This document shows, one piece after another, positions 1 through 12,551 of a stretch of DNA of 64,000 nt (its first letter is position 1; each line of letters opens with the position of its first letter). The stretch spans positions 3,139-67,138 of the forward strand of contig DATCWR010000086.1 in the NCBI GenBank assembly GCA_036566245.1, written 5' to 3'. A program made the position numbers and the translations under genes. The stretch is from Mycobacteriales bacterium (GTDB lineage: Bacteria; Actinomycetota; Actinomycetes; Mycobacteriales; DASULA01). A model generated the notes under the pieces. The model did no database searches, had not been told where the DNA came from, and worked only from the letters and a program-made list of their open reading frames with translations.

Positions 1-1658
1 GGTTGGTCGTCGCCGGGAAGCCACACCTCCTCCATCCGCTTGGCCAGCCCGACCAGCGCCACGTCCTCGATCCCCAGTTCCACCAACACGTGGGAGGCGG
101 CCGCCACCTGGGGGGCGCCACCGTCCACAACGACCAGGTTGGGGGGATAGGCGAATTTCCGGGGCTTCCCGGTCGCGGGATCGATCGGGCCGGCCGAGGG
201 TCGGCCCTCCTCCTCGGCGGCGGCAGTGGGATCCTCTGCCATCTCCCCGGTCCGCATCCGCTCGTCCAGATACCGGCTGAACCTGCGTCGCACCGTCTCG
301 GCGATCCAGACCGTGTCGTCACCGTCGGGGGTCCTGATGGAGAACCGTCGGTACTGGTTGCGGCGGGGCAGACCGTCCTCGAACACGACCATGCTGGCCA
401 CCACGTTGGTGCCCTGCACGTGCGAGACGTCGAAGCACTCGATGCGCAACGGTGCGTCGTCCAGACCCAGCGCCTGCTGGATCTCGGCCAACGCCTGGCT
501 GCGCGCGGTCAGGTCGCTGGCTCTCCTGAGCTTGTGCCGGGCGAACGCCTGCTCGGCGTTGCGTTGCACCGTGTCCATCAGGGAGCGTTTGTCCCCGCGC
601 ATGGGCACGCGCAGCCGGACCCTGGCACCGCGGCGCTCGGACAACCACTCGGTCAGGGTCTGGACATCCTCCGGCAGCTCGGGTACAAGAACCTCGCGCG
701 GCACGTACTCGGAGAACTCAGTCTCCGCCCCGTAGATCTGGGTCACGAACTGCTCGACCAGATCACCGGTGGACACCTGCGCGACCTTGTCGATGACCCA
801 GCCACGCTGACCACGGACCCGCCCGCCGCGCACGTGGAAGACCTGTACGGCGGCTTCCAGGTCGTCCTGGGCGAACGCCACCACGTCGGCGTCGGTGCCG
901 TCGCCGAACACCACGGCCTGCTTCTCCATGGCGCGGGTCAACGCGCCGATGTCGTCGCGCAGCCGGGCCGCCCGTTCGAACTCCAGGTCGGCCGCGGCCT
1001 GGCGCATCTCGCGCTCCAGCCGGCGCACCATGGTGTCGGTGCGCCCGGCCATGAAGTCACAGAAATCCTCGACGATGCGCCGGTGCTCGGCCGCGTCGAC
1101 CCTGTTGACGCAGGGTGCCGAGCACCGGTCTATGTAGCCGAGCAGACACGGTCGGCCACTGGCCCGGGCCCGTTTGAAGACGTTGCCCGAGCAGGTCCGG
1201 GCCGGGAAAACCCTCAACAACAGGTCGAGGGTCTCCCTGATCGCCCAGGCATGCGGGTACGGTCCGAAGTAGCGCACCCCCTTCCTCCGGCGGCCACGCA
1301 TGACCTGGAGGCGGGGATACTCCTCGTAGAGGGTCACCGCCAGACTCGGGTAGCTCTTGTCGTCGCGGTACCTGACGTTGAACCGCGGGTCGAACTCCTT
1401 GATCCAGTTGTACTCGAGTTGCAGCGCCTCGACCTCGGTGGTGACCACGGTCCACTCGACCGACGCGGCCGAGGTCACCATCGTGCGGGTACGGGGATGC
1501 ATCCCGGCGAGGTCGGTGAAGTAGGACGCCAGTCGGCTGCGTAGGCTCTTGGCCTTGCCGACGTAGATCACCCGTCCGTGTTCGTCGCGGAACCGGTAGA
1601 CCCCGGGTTCGTCTGGCACGGTCCCGGGTGCGGGACGGTACGTCGACGGGTCAGGCAC
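1..1658 (-). CDS. uvrC: Excinuclease ABC subunit UvrC (5' part; the C-terminus runs off the left edge)
   Basis: Not in the ORF track because no stop lies inside the window. The reverse complement of 1500-1658 reads [47 protein letters not shown], a GIY-YIG N-terminus. The reverse complement of 1-200 reads ...[20 protein letters not shown]..., typical of the UvrC C-terminal half. GTG start at 1658-1656. Confidence 0.9.
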   Translation of the reverse strand, partial: MPDPSTYRPAPGTVPDEPGVYRFRDEHGRVIYVGKAKSLRSRLASYFTDLAGMHPRTRTMVTSAASVEWTVVTTEVEALQLEYNWIKEFDPRFNVRYRDDKSYPSLAVTLYEEYPRLQVMRGRRRKGVRYFGPYPHAWAIRETLDLLLRVFPARTCSGNVFKRARASGRPCLLGYIDRCSAPCVNRVDAAEHRRIVEDFCDFMAGRTDTMVRRLEREMRQAAADLEFERAARLRDDIGALTRAMEKQAVVFGDGTDADVVAFAQDDLEAAVQVFHVRGGRVRGQRGWVIDKVAQVSTGDLVEQFVTQIYGAETEFSEYVPREVLVPELPEDVQTLTEWLSERRGARVRLRVPMRGDKRSLMDTVQRNAEQAFARHKLRRASDLTARSQALAEIQQALGLDDAPLRIECFDVSHVQGTNVVASMVVFEDGLPRRNQYRRFSIRTPDGDDTVWIAETVRRRFSRYLDERMRTGEMAEDPTAAAEEEGRPSAGPIDPATGKPRKFAYPPNLVVVDGGAPQVAAASHVLVELGIEDVALVGLAKRMEEVWLPGDDQ

Positions 1659-1808
1659 GGGTTGAGCGTACGCCGAACCCACGACTGGACCGGTGACGTC
1701 GGAGGGCGGTCGCCTGGTCACCGGTGCGGTGAACGACGGACAGCGTACCCGGTGTGTGGGTCAGGTGAACTGTGTCAACCGGTCGGCGGAGGGCCCGTGA
1801 CGAAGGAC

Positions 1809-2189
1809 ATGTCGGTGGAGGTGGTGCTGGACGACGGCCATCACCCGGTGGAGGGGCGGCGCTCGGTGCGACTGCGCTGGCTCGCCGACGATCCCCTGGC
1901 CGTCCGGGTCGACGTGGTGGGCGCACCGGGCGGGCCGTGGGTGGTGCTGCGCGACGTGCTGCGCGCGGGTCTGCTCCGGCCGACCGGGATCGGTCAGGTG
2001 CGGGTCGGCCCGGTCGGCACGCACGTTACCCTGACCCTCCGGTCTGCCGGCCGACTGCTCGTCACCCGCATCCTGGCCGAGCGACTGCGTGCCTTCCTCG
2101 ACCAGACCGAGACGGTGGTGGCCGCCGGGTCCGAGTCGTGCGACAGGTCGCTGGACGCTGCCCTGGACTCGCTGCTCCACCGGTCCTGA
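1809..2189 (+). CDS. SsgA/SsgB-like sporulation-specific cell-division protein (SALP)
   Basis: MSVEVVLDD...WVVLRDVLRAGLLRPTGIGQVRVGP...LRAFLDQTETVV aligns by eye with the SsgB pattern (VEWVFARDLLAEGL..PTG.GDVRVWP...LESFLKRTDAAV). I chose the internal ATG of ORF 1578..2189 because of the SALP size of about 126 aa. Confidence 0.7.
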   Translation: MSVEVVLDDGHHPVEGRRSVRLRWLADDPLAVRVDVVGAPGGPWVVLRDVLRAGLLRPTGIGQVRVGPVGTHVTLTLRSAGRLLVTRILAERLRAFLDQTETVVAAGSESCDRSLDAALDSLLHRS

Positions 2190-2213
2190 CCGCCGCGGCC
2201 GGCCGGCCACCGG

Positions 2214-5081
<2,868 letters not shown>

Positions 5082-5304
5082 GCTGAGACAGGGTCTGCGC
5101 CAATCTAGCCATGGGGCACGACGGTTTCTTCCCGTCCGTGCGCACGCTACGCCCGGCCACCGACGCCCGCCGGCCCGCGCGGGCAGGCGCCTCGCTAACA
5201 TCGACCGACCGCAGGCGCGGGATCACCCAGCGCGACCGATCGGGCAGGTGTGACCGGTCACCGGTCTGTGCCAGCGCACCACCGCACTCCAGGAGGGATG
5301 ACCA

Positions 5305-5955
5305 GTGGCCTACACCGGACAGGTGTCCGTGGGGGGCGCCGCCGACATTCGCGAGCTGCCAGCCCTGTCCATCGGCAAGTTGGCCGTCGGCCCGATGGAC
5401 AACAACGCCTACCTGCTGCGGTGCCGAGCCTCCGGACAGACCGTCCTGGTCGACGCGGCCAACGAACCTTCGCGGCTGCTCGACTGGATCGGTGACGGAC
5501 TGCACGCGGTGATCACCACCCACCAGCACCCGGATCACTGGCAGGGGCTGGCCGAGGTGGTGGCCGCCACCGGCGCCCGCACCGTGGCACACCCGCTGGA
5601 CGCCGGCGCGCTGCCGGTGCCGACCGACGAGACGGTCGAGCACGGGGACGCGATCCGGTTCGGTGAGGTCACCCTGCGGGTGATCCACCTGCGCGGGCAC
5701 ACCCCGGGCAGCATCGCGCTGTGTTACGACGACCACGAGGGCCACCCGCACCTGTTCACCGGGGACTCCCTGTTTCCCGGCGGACCGGGCAAGACGGTCG
5801 GGGAGACCAACTTCACCTCGCTGATGGACGATCTGGAGGAACGGGTCTTCCGGCCGCTGCCCGACACGACCTGGGTGTACCCCGGGCACGGCGATGACAC
5901 CACGCTGGGTGCTGAGCGACCACACCTCGGGCAATGGCGTGCCCGGGGCTGGTGA
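5305..5955 (+). CDS. MBL-fold metallo-hydrolase (glyoxalase II-like)
   Basis: HQHPDHW (HxHxDH) metal motif, 216 aa. AGGAGGG Shine-Dalgarno sequence upstream of the GTG start. Confidence 0.8.
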   Translation: MAYTGQVSVGGAADIRELPALSIGKLAVGPMDNNAYLLRCRASGQTVLVDAANEPSRLLDWIGDGLHAVITTHQHPDHWQGLAEVVAATGARTVAHPLDAGALPVPTDETVEHGDAIRFGEVTLRVIHLRGHTPGSIALCYDDHEGHPHLFTGDSLFPGGPGKTVGETNFTSLMDDLEERVFRPLPDTTWVYPGHGDDTTLGAERPHLGQWRARGW

Positions 5956-6098
5956 CCCGGAGGGCTGGGAGGTAGCTCAGCGCGGTTCCTGCGTGCGCTC
6001 GGCGGTGTGAACGGGTCTCCGCGGGCCCGCGTTCGCATCATGACCGAACGCCCACCCACGCTTCATCCGAGCGGGTGCCGGTCGGAGCGAAATTGTTC

Positions 6099-6136
6099 TT
6101 GACCTTGACGCAGGGTCAGGGCTGCAAGCTCCTCCC
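6099..6136 (+). promoter_or_regulatory. Putative MerR-type promoter with a long spacer and internal dyad, giving a leaderless transcript for the ABC operon
   Basis: TTGACC (6099-6104), a 20-nt spacer containing the imperfect dyad ACCTTGAC/GTCAGGGC, then CAAGCT (6125-6130). The ATG at 6137 lies 6 nt after the -10 and has no SD. Confidence 0.35.
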
Positions 6137-6949
6137 ATGACCACAACACAGGCCATCGAGATCGCCGGGCTCACCAAGTCCTACGGCGACCACCCGGTGC
6201 TGCGCGGCGTCGACTTCGACGTGGTGCCGGGCAGCATCTTTGCCCTGCTCGGCTCCAACGGAGCGGGCAAGACCACCGTCGTGAGGATCCTCTCCACGCT
6301 GCTGAGGGCGGATCGCGGGACCGTCACCGTCAACGGCTTCGACGTCGCCGGGCAGGCGGCCGACGTACGGGAGTCGATCAGCCTCACCGGACAGTTCGCT
6401 GCCGTGGACGAGATCCTCACCGGACGGGAGAACCTGGTGCTCGTCGCCAGGCTGCGGCACCTCAAGGATCCGCGCCGCATCGCGGACGACCTGCTCGCTC
6501 GCTTCTCGCTGACCGATGCCGGCGGGCGAAAGGTGTCGACGTACTCCGGTGGCATGCGCCGGCGCCTCGACATCGCGATGAGCCTGATCGGAAACCCGCC
6601 GGTCATCTTCCTCGACGAGCCGACCACCGGCCTGGACCCGCAGGTGCGCATCGAGGTGTGGGAAGCCGTCAAGGAGCTGGCGCGGGGCGGCACCACCGTG
6701 CTGCTCACCACGCAGTACCTCGACGAGGCCGAGCAGCTCGCCGACCGGATCGCGATCCTCCACGAGGGCCGGATCATCGCGAACGGAACCCTCGCCGAGC
6801 TCAAGCAGTTGCTCCCGCCGGCCAAGGTCGAGTACGTCGAGAAGCAGCCGAGTCTCGAGGACATCTTCCTGTCGATCGTCGGCCACGACACCACCACTGC
6901 CAGCGCGCACGACGACTCGGCGGCCGCGCCGGCCGGCACGGACAACTAA
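6137..6949 (+). CDS. ABC transporter ATP-binding protein, DrrA/daunorubicin-resistance type
   Basis: Walker A GSNGAGKTT, signature YSGGMRRRL, Walker [12 protein letters not shown]. Confidence 0.9.
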   Translation: MTTTQAIEIAGLTKSYGDHPVLRGVDFDVVPGSIFALLGSNGAGKTTVVRILSTLLRADRGTVTVNGFDVAGQAADVRESISLTGQFAAVDEILTGRENLVLVARLRHLKDPRRIADDLLARFSLTDAGGRKVSTYSGGMRRRLDIAMSLIGNPPVIFLDEPTTGLDPQVRIEVWEAVKELARGGTTVLLTTQYLDEAEQLADRIAILHEGRIIANGTLAELKQLLPPAKVEYVEKQPSLEDIFLSIVGHDTTTASAHDDSAAAPAGTDN

Positions 6950-6952
6950 GGA

Positions 6953-7720
6953 ATGACGATGAACAAGCACTTCTTCTCCGACACCGCCACCCTGACGGGA
7001 CGCTCCCTGCGTCACATCCTGCGCAGCCCGGACACCATCATCACCACCGCCATCACACCGATCGCGATGCTGCTGCTGTTCGTCTACGTCTTCGGCGGGG
7101 CGATCGACACCGGCGGCGACAGGTACGTGAACTACCTACTGCCCGGCATCCTGCTCATCACGGTGGCTTCCGGCATCGCCTACACGGCATACCGGCTCTT
7201 CACCGATGTCTCGGACGGCATCTTCGAGCGGTTCCAGTCGATGCCGATCGCGCGCTCGGCTGTGCTGTGGGCGCACGTGCTGACCTCGGTGGTCGCGAAC
7301 CTGGTCTCACTCACGCTCGTCGTCCTCGTCGCTGTGGTGATGGGCTTTCGCTCGGGAGCCGGCGTCCTCGCCTGGCTCGGGGTCCTCGGCATCCTCGTGC
7401 TCTTCACCCTGGCCCTGACCTGGCTGGCGGTGATCCCCGGCCTCACCGCGAAGTCGGCCGACGGGGTGAGCGGGTTCTCCTACCCGTTGATCTTCCTGCC
7501 GTTCATCAGCTCGGCCTTCGTGCTCACCTCCGGCATGCCGGACCCGGTGCGCTGGTTCGCTGAGAACCAACCGGTCACCTCGATCGCGAACACGCTCCGC
7601 AACCTGTACGCCGAGCAGCCGGTCGGCAACGACGTCTGGACCGCCCTTGCCTGGTGCGTCGGCCTCCTGGCCGTCGCCTATGTGCTCGCGATGCGTGCCT
7701 ACCGCCGCAAGATCGCCTGA
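6953..7720 (+). CDS. ABC-2 type transporter permease (DrrB-like)
   Basis: 255 aa, about six hydrophobic spans. It starts 3 nt after the ATPase stop. Confidence 0.85.
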   Translation: MTMNKHFFSDTATLTGRSLRHILRSPDTIITTAITPIAMLLLFVYVFGGAIDTGGDRYVNYLLPGILLITVASGIAYTAYRLFTDVSDGIFERFQSMPIARSAVLWAHVLTSVVANLVSLTLVVLVAVVMGFRSGAGVLAWLGVLGILVLFTLALTWLAVIPGLTAKSADGVSGFSYPLIFLPFISSAFVLTSGMPDPVRWFAENQPVTSIANTLRNLYAEQPVGNDVWTALAWCVGLLAVAYVLAMRAYRRKIA

Positions 7721-7763
7721 GCCCGACCCGACATTCCAACGAACACCCGTGAGGAGAGGACAG

Positions 7764-8105
7764 ATGAACAACATCATGACCAAGCTGATCGGCGACAGGA
7801 AGGAATGGAAACGGATGGAGGCGCGTGCGAACGCGCTGCCCTGCGACTACCGGATCGTCTACGGCGAGATGAAGTCGTACATGTGGCGGTTCACCACCGG
7901 TGACGGCATGGACATCGTCGCCATCCTCAGGGAGGTGCTGGAGGAGTTCGAAGCCGGCGCGTCCGGTGGCAGGCGGGCGCTGGAGGTTACCGGCGAGGAT
8001 GTCGCAGCGTACTGCGATGCTCGTCTGGGTGGCTCCAACCCCCACGACCGCTACCTGGAGAAGTGGCGGGACTCCCTCAACCAGGAAGTGAAGAAGCAGC
8101 TCTGA
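7764..8105 (+). CDS. DUF1048 domain protein
   Basis: MNNIMTKLIGDRKEWKRMEARANALPCDYRIVYGEMKSYMW...EVTGEDVAAYCD matches the DUF1048 pattern as I remember it. GAGGAGAGGA SD lies upstream of the ATG at 7764, an internal start of ORF 7647..8105. Confidence 0.75.
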   Translation: MNNIMTKLIGDRKEWKRMEARANALPCDYRIVYGEMKSYMWRFTTGDGMDIVAILREVLEEFEAGASGGRRALEVTGEDVAAYCDARLGGSNPHDRYLEKWRDSLNQEVKKQL

Positions 8106-8106
8106 C

Positions 8107-8907
8107 ATGCTCACGATCAGCCAGCTCGCCGCCTACGCCGGCGTGACCGTGCGCGCGGTACGCCACTACCACGCCAAGGGCCTGCTGCCCGAGCCTGAAC
8201 GGGACCACTCGGGCTACCGGCGGTACGACGCCGCGGCCGTGGTCGGGCTGATCCGGATCAGGACACTGGCCGACGCCGGTGTACCGCTCTCGCGGGTGCA
8301 GGAACTCCTGGCGGCCGACGAGGCGGAGTTCGCAGCGGCGGTCGAGGACATCGACCGCCGCCTGCGCGCCGAGATCCGCGAGCGGCAGCGTCTCCGCGAG
8401 CGGATCGTGCAACTCGAGGCCGGCGACAGCCTGGCGCTGCCGCCGGAGGCGGTGGCCTACCTGGACCGCCTCCGCGAGCTTGACGTCCCGCAGCGGGCGA
8501 TCGAATTGGAGCGTGATGCCTGGATCCTGGTGGCGGCGCAGCTCCCCGAACAGATGCCGACGCTGATGACGCTGAAGAGCGCTCAACTCGACACCCCGGC
8601 CGTCACCGCGATCTACCTCGACCTCGTGGAGGCGGCCGACTGGAAAGCCGACGACCCGCGGCTACCGGCGTTCGCCGACCGGCTGGTGTCGCTGATCGAG
8701 GAGTCGGCCAAGGCCTGGGAGGACTACGACTCCGCTGACCTCGCGCTCGACGACGACCTGGTCGAACTGCTCGACTCGGTCTTCCTCAACTCGGTACCCA
8801 TCGCACCGCGCCTGATGAAGCTCCTCGAGGAGCGCGGCTGGACGGGGTGGACAAGGCTTGAACGCATGGACTCCGCGCCCATGATTTCGAGGAGATCGTC
8901 AAGGTGA
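8107..8907 (+). CDS. MerR family transcriptional regulator
   Basis: N-terminal MLTISQLAAYAGVTVRAVRHYHAKGLLPEPERDHSGYRRYD HTH, then a coiled coil and a C-terminal domain of about 150 aa. It starts 1 nt after the DUF1048 stop. Confidence 0.9.
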   Translation: MLTISQLAAYAGVTVRAVRHYHAKGLLPEPERDHSGYRRYDAAAVVGLIRIRTLADAGVPLSRVQELLAADEAEFAAAVEDIDRRLRAEIRERQRLRERIVQLEAGDSLALPPEAVAYLDRLRELDVPQRAIELERDAWILVAAQLPEQMPTLMTLKSAQLDTPAVTAIYLDLVEAADWKADDPRLPAFADRLVSLIEESAKAWEDYDSADLALDDDLVELLDSVFLNSVPIAPRLMKLLEERGWTGWTRLERMDSAPMISRRSSR

Positions 8908-8952
8908 CCGGTCAGCCGATGGTGTGGGTGGCTCCTCCCGGCACCATCGACT

Positions 8953-8992
8953 GAGAGCCCCGGCGCGTGATGCCGTTGACGTCGGGGCTCTC
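8953..8992. terminator. Bidirectional hairpin between convergent genes
   Basis: GAGAGCCCCG (8953-8962) pairs with CGGGGCTCTC (8983-8992): a 10-bp perfect stem and a 20-nt loop. It sits between the merR stop and the S9 peptidase stop. Confidence 0.5.
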
Positions 8993-9010
8993 GGCCTGGG
9001 TCGGAGCACG

Positions 9011-10942
9011 CTACCCGGACACCGGCAGGTACCTGTTCCACCAGTCCAGGATCGCCTCGAACCGGGCGATCCGGTGGCTGGGCAGCCCGGACCGGGACAG
9101 CTCGTGGCCCTCTCCGGGGAACAGCAGCAGCTCGGTCGGCACGCCGCGCAGCTTCAGCGTGACGAACAGCCGTTGCGCCTGCTCCACCGGGCAGCGCCAG
9201 TCATGCTCGGAGTGGACGATCAGCAGCGGGGTGTTGATCTGGTCCGCGAAGGACAGCGGGCTCTGCGCGGCGCGGCGTTCGGCGTCCCCGTAGTACTGCT
9301 CGGCGAAGAACCAACCGATGTCGCTGGACCCGGCGAAACTGTCCAGCGCGTTGACCGCCCGCTCGCTGATCGCGGCCACGAACCGGTCGGTGTGCCCGAC
9401 CAGCCAACTGGTCATGAATCCACCATGTGAGCCACCCATCACCCCGACCCGGTCACCGTCCAGGTCCGCGGCGGCAAGTGCGTGGTCGAGCAGTGCGTAC
9501 AGGTCGACCGCCGAGATGGCGCCCACGTCGTGGCGAATGGCCAGTCCGTGTGCCCTGCCGTACCCGGAGGAACCCCTCGGGTTGCCCATCACCACCGCGT
9601 AGCCCGCCCCGGCGTAGACCTGGGCCTCGTCGAACAGCGTCCAGCCGTACTGGGCGAACGGTCCACCGTGGATCATCAGCAACACCGGATGTGGACCGGG
9701 TCCGTCCGGACGGACCACCCATCCGTGCACCGGGTACCCGTCCGGCGCGGTCGCGGTGATCTCCTCGGGTGCGCGCACCCGCCCGGTCGCGGCCAACCCG
9801 GCTCCGAAGTCGGTCAGCACCCGTTCCTGACCGTCGACCAGTGCCACCAACTCGCCCGCGTTGACGCCGTCGGCGACCGTGGCCACAACCACCCCGGATG
9901 CCTCGTCGTAGGCCCTGACCTGGCGGTGTCCGGCCAGCAGCGTCTCCACCGCTCCCTCGCCAGACACCAGCAACAGGTCGACCGCACCCCGGTTCTCGCT
10001 ACCGAACAGAACCCCGTGGCCGGTGACCACGGTGCGGCCGGTGCCGTCACCACGGTGGAGTGTCTCGGCATCGGTGAGTCGACATGGCGGGGCGGAGCCA
10101 TCCACACCCACCGCGTACAGCCCCACGTTGCGGGCCACGAAGTCCACCCCGCTCGGACCGGTCTCGGCACCGCAGAGGTACAGCGTGGCACCGTCGGGCG
10201 AGAAGGCCGGTTGTCCCACGCCGAGGGTGGTGTCGGTGACCTGGCGCAGGCCCGTTCCGTCGGGAGCGCAGACGAACACGTCGGTACGCAGGTCGGTATC
10301 CCGCCCCTCGTGCCGGGCCGCGCAGAACGCGAGCAGCGACGAGTCCGGACTCCAGGTCACGTCGGTGTGGTCGTGGTCGCCGTCGGTCACCCGCACCGGC
10401 TCGGCTCCGGCGGTGAACGGGTCCAGCACGAAGACGTGCGTGCGGCGGTCCAGGACGAACCCGATGTTGTCCCGGCGGAAGTTCAGGGTGGTGATGCGCC
10501 GCGGTGGTTCCTTGTCCGGTCCGACGCCGTCCCTGGTCCCGTACCGACCGTCCTCGGGCACCCTGGCCACGTAGGCGAGGTGGGTGGAGTCCGGGCTCCA
10601 CACCGGGGCGCCGGCGCCCAGCGGGTGCTGGGCGTCGGTGCTGATCGCCCAGGCGTCACCGCCGTGGGTGGGCATCAGGTGGAGCTGCGGTTTGCCGCCC
10701 TTGTCCGCGCGCAGGAAGGCCAACCACCGTCCGTCCGGAGAGAACCGGGCCGAGGTGTCCCGCCAGCCGTGGGTGAGCTGCCGCGGCTCGGCCGAACCGT
10801 CGGTCGGCACGATCCACAGTGTGCTGCGGTAGGAATCCTCGGCCAGGTCGAGGCTGGTCACCTCGACCACGGCGGTGGTTCCGTCGGGTGACAGGGTCGG
10901 TACGCCGGGGATACGGAGAAGTTCCAGATCGGAGGGCTTCAT
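9011..10942 (-). CDS. S9 family serine peptidase (prolyl oligopeptidase / acylaminoacyl-peptidase type)
   Basis: 644 aa from MKPSDLELLRIPGVPTLSPDG. N-terminal beta-propeller-like repeats and a C-terminal GGSHGG nucleophile elbow. I chose the internal ATG at 10942 of ORF 9011..11353. Confidence 0.85.
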   Translation of the reverse strand: MKPSDLELLRIPGVPTLSPDGTTAVVEVTSLDLAEDSYRSTLWIVPTDGSAEPRQLTHGWRDTSARFSPDGRWLAFLRADKGGKPQLHLMPTHGGDAWAISTDAQHPLGAGAPVWSPDSTHLAYVARVPEDGRYGTRDGVGPDKEPPRRITTLNFRRDNIGFVLDRRTHVFVLDPFTAGAEPVRVTDGDHDHTDVTWSPDSSLLAFCAARHEGRDTDLRTDVFVCAPDGTGLRQVTDTTLGVGQPAFSPDGATLYLCGAETGPSGVDFVARNVGLYAVGVDGSAPPCRLTDAETLHRGDGTGRTVVTGHGVLFGSENRGAVDLLLVSGEGAVETLLAGHRQVRAYDEASGVVVATVADGVNAGELVALVDGQERVLTDFGAGLAATGRVRAPEEITATAPDGYPVHGWVVRPDGPGPHPVLLMIHGGPFAQYGWTLFDEAQVYAGAGYAVVMGNPRGSSGYGRAHGLAIRHDVGAISAVDLYALLDHALAAADLDGDRVGVMGGSHGGFMTSWLVGHTDRFVAAISERAVNALDSFAGSSDIGWFFAEQYYGDAERRAAQSPLSFADQINTPLLIVHSEHDWRCPVEQAQRLFVTLKLRGVPTELLLFPGEGHELSRSGLPSHRIARFEAILDWWNRYLPVSG

Positions 10943-10989
10943 GCCGGGAACCTTAGCCTGACTAATAAAATCCCGGCTAGGGTCGGTCC

Positions 10990-12207
10990 ATGACAAGGAC
11001 TGTCTATTCCGGCGGAACGGTCTTCGACGGTACCGGGGCCAGCCCGGCCCGGGCCGACGTGGTCGTCGAGTCCGGACGGATCCTGGACGTGGGCGTCGGC
11101 CTGGACGGCGACGAGGTGGTCGACTGCACCGGCACGACCGTGCTACCCGGACTGTTCGACTGCCACGTGCACGTGACCATGTCCACCATCGATCCGCTGG
11201 CCATCGTGCGGCGTCCGTTCTCGCTCCAGTTCTACGAGGCCGCGGAGAACCTCCGCCGCACCCTGGCGGTCGGGGTGACCAGCGTGCGCGACGCCGGCGG
11301 CGCTGATCTGGGCATCCAGACCGCGCAGGCCACCGGACTGGTCGCCGGCCCACGGATGCGGATCGCGATCTCGATGCTCAGTCAGACCGGTGGGCACGGC
11401 GACGACTGGGAGGTGGCAGGCTGTCACGTGCCGATGTTCGTGGCGCATCCCGGCCGCCCCTCCGGTCTGGTCGACGGGCCCGAGCAGATGCGTCGGAAGG
11501 TTCGGGAACTCATCCGGGCCGGCGCGGACGTGATCAAGGTGGCGACAAGCGGTGGGGTGCTCTCACCTCGCGACGATCCTCGGCACGGCCATTTTCGGGA
11601 CGCCGAGATCGCCGTCCTGGTCGAGGAGGCCACCGCGGCCGGGATCTTCGTGATGGCACACGCGCAGGCCACCGAAGGGATCAAGGTGGCCATCCGTAAC
11701 GGGGTGCGCTCGATCGAGCACGGCATCTACCTCGACGACGAGGCCATCGCGATGATGCTCGACCGTGGCACCTGGCTGGTTCCCACCCTGGTCGCGCCGC
11801 GCGGCGTGATCGAGGCCGCCGAGGCCGGAATGGGGCTGCCGCCGGAGGTGGTGGCCAAGGCTCGCCTGGTCATGGAGCAGCACACCGACTCGGTGCGCCG
11901 GGCCATCGCCGCGGGGGTACGGGTCGCCATGGGCACCGACTCGGGGGTCACCCCGCACGGGCAGAACCTGCGGGAGCTCCCGCTGATGGCCGACTGCGGC
12001 ATGACCCCCGAACAGGTGCTGCACGCCACCACGCTGTCGGCGGCCCGACTGCTCGGGGTGGCCGACGAGCTGGGTTCGCTGGAACCGGGCAAGCGTGCCG
12101 ACCTGGTGGTCGTCGACGGCGACGCGTTGGCGCTCGACAACCTGGACCGACGGGTCCACGCCGTCTACCAGGACGGCCGACTGGTCGCCGGAACTCCGCT
12201 GCCGTAG
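10990..12207 (+). CDS. Amidohydrolase family metal-dependent hydrolase
   Basis: LFDCHVHV metal motif and later HAQA / EHG histidines. 405 aa. Confidence 0.8.
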   Translation: MTRTVYSGGTVFDGTGASPARADVVVESGRILDVGVGLDGDEVVDCTGTTVLPGLFDCHVHVTMSTIDPLAIVRRPFSLQFYEAAENLRRTLAVGVTSVRDAGGADLGIQTAQATGLVAGPRMRIAISMLSQTGGHGDDWEVAGCHVPMFVAHPGRPSGLVDGPEQMRRKVRELIRAGADVIKVATSGGVLSPRDDPRHGHFRDAEIAVLVEEATAAGIFVMAHAQATEGIKVAIRNGVRSIEHGIYLDDEAIAMMLDRGTWLVPTLVAPRGVIEAAEAGMGLPPEVVAKARLVMEQHTDSVRRAIAAGVRVAMGTDSGVTPHGQNLRELPLMADCGMTPEQVLHATTLSAARLLGVADELGSLEPGKRADLVVVDGDALALDNLDRRVHAVYQDGRLVAGTPLP

Positions 12208-12232
12208 GCGGCCTCGGGCTGTCCACCGTGGC

Positions 12233-12439
12233 CTATGGCAGGTCGAACTCGTTGTCCCGGGCACCGGCCAGGAACGCGTCCCACTCCGAGCGGGTGAACA
12301 CCAGGACCGGGCCGGTCGGATCCTTCGCGTCGCGCATCACGATCACGTCGTCGACAAAGGCGATCTCCACGCCGCCGGTGGTGCCCTCCTCGGCGCCACT
12401 CTGCCACCGCGCCTCGGACAGGTCGGGGATCGGCTTCAT
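12233..12439 (-). CDS. DUF397 domain protein
   Basis: 68 aa: MKPIPDLSEARWQSGAEEGTTGGVEIAFVDDVIVMRDAKDPTGPVLVFTRSEWDAFLAGARDNEFD. This is the typical W-x-S...C/GVE...RDSK...L.F...W..F layout. It is the tail of ORF 12233..13051. Confidence 0.7.
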   Translation of the reverse strand: MKPIPDLSEARWQSGAEEGTTGGVEIAFVDDVIVMRDAKDPTGPVLVFTRSEWDAFLAGARDNEFDLP

Positions 12440-12551
12440 TCCGTTCGCGTCCTTTCGGGCCGTACCGGCCGGCGACCACGGTCGGTGGCCACCTGAGCAC
12501 CTCGTGGCCGAGCGTATAGGACCGGAGACCCGGCCAACTGCCACGGCGGGG

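Noticed and set aside
3-1544. 513-aa plus-strand ORF at the left edge
   Set aside because: It is antisense to an unambiguous uvrC reading frame. The sequence is low-complexity and Arg/Gly/Pro/His-rich, as is typical of shadow ORFs in high-GC DNA.
5251-5262. Perfect 12-nt palindrome GTGACCGGTCAC upstream of the MBL hydrolase gene
   Set aside because: This is a single short GC-rich palindrome. Such sequences arise often in 70% GC DNA, and I saw no second copy or promoter context.
5965-6040. tRNA-like string GGGAGGTAGCTCAGCGCGG
   Set aside because: Only the TAGCTCAG D-loop-like octamer is present. There is no matching GAGC D-stem closure, anticodon arm, GGTTCGAATCC T-arm or acceptor pairing.
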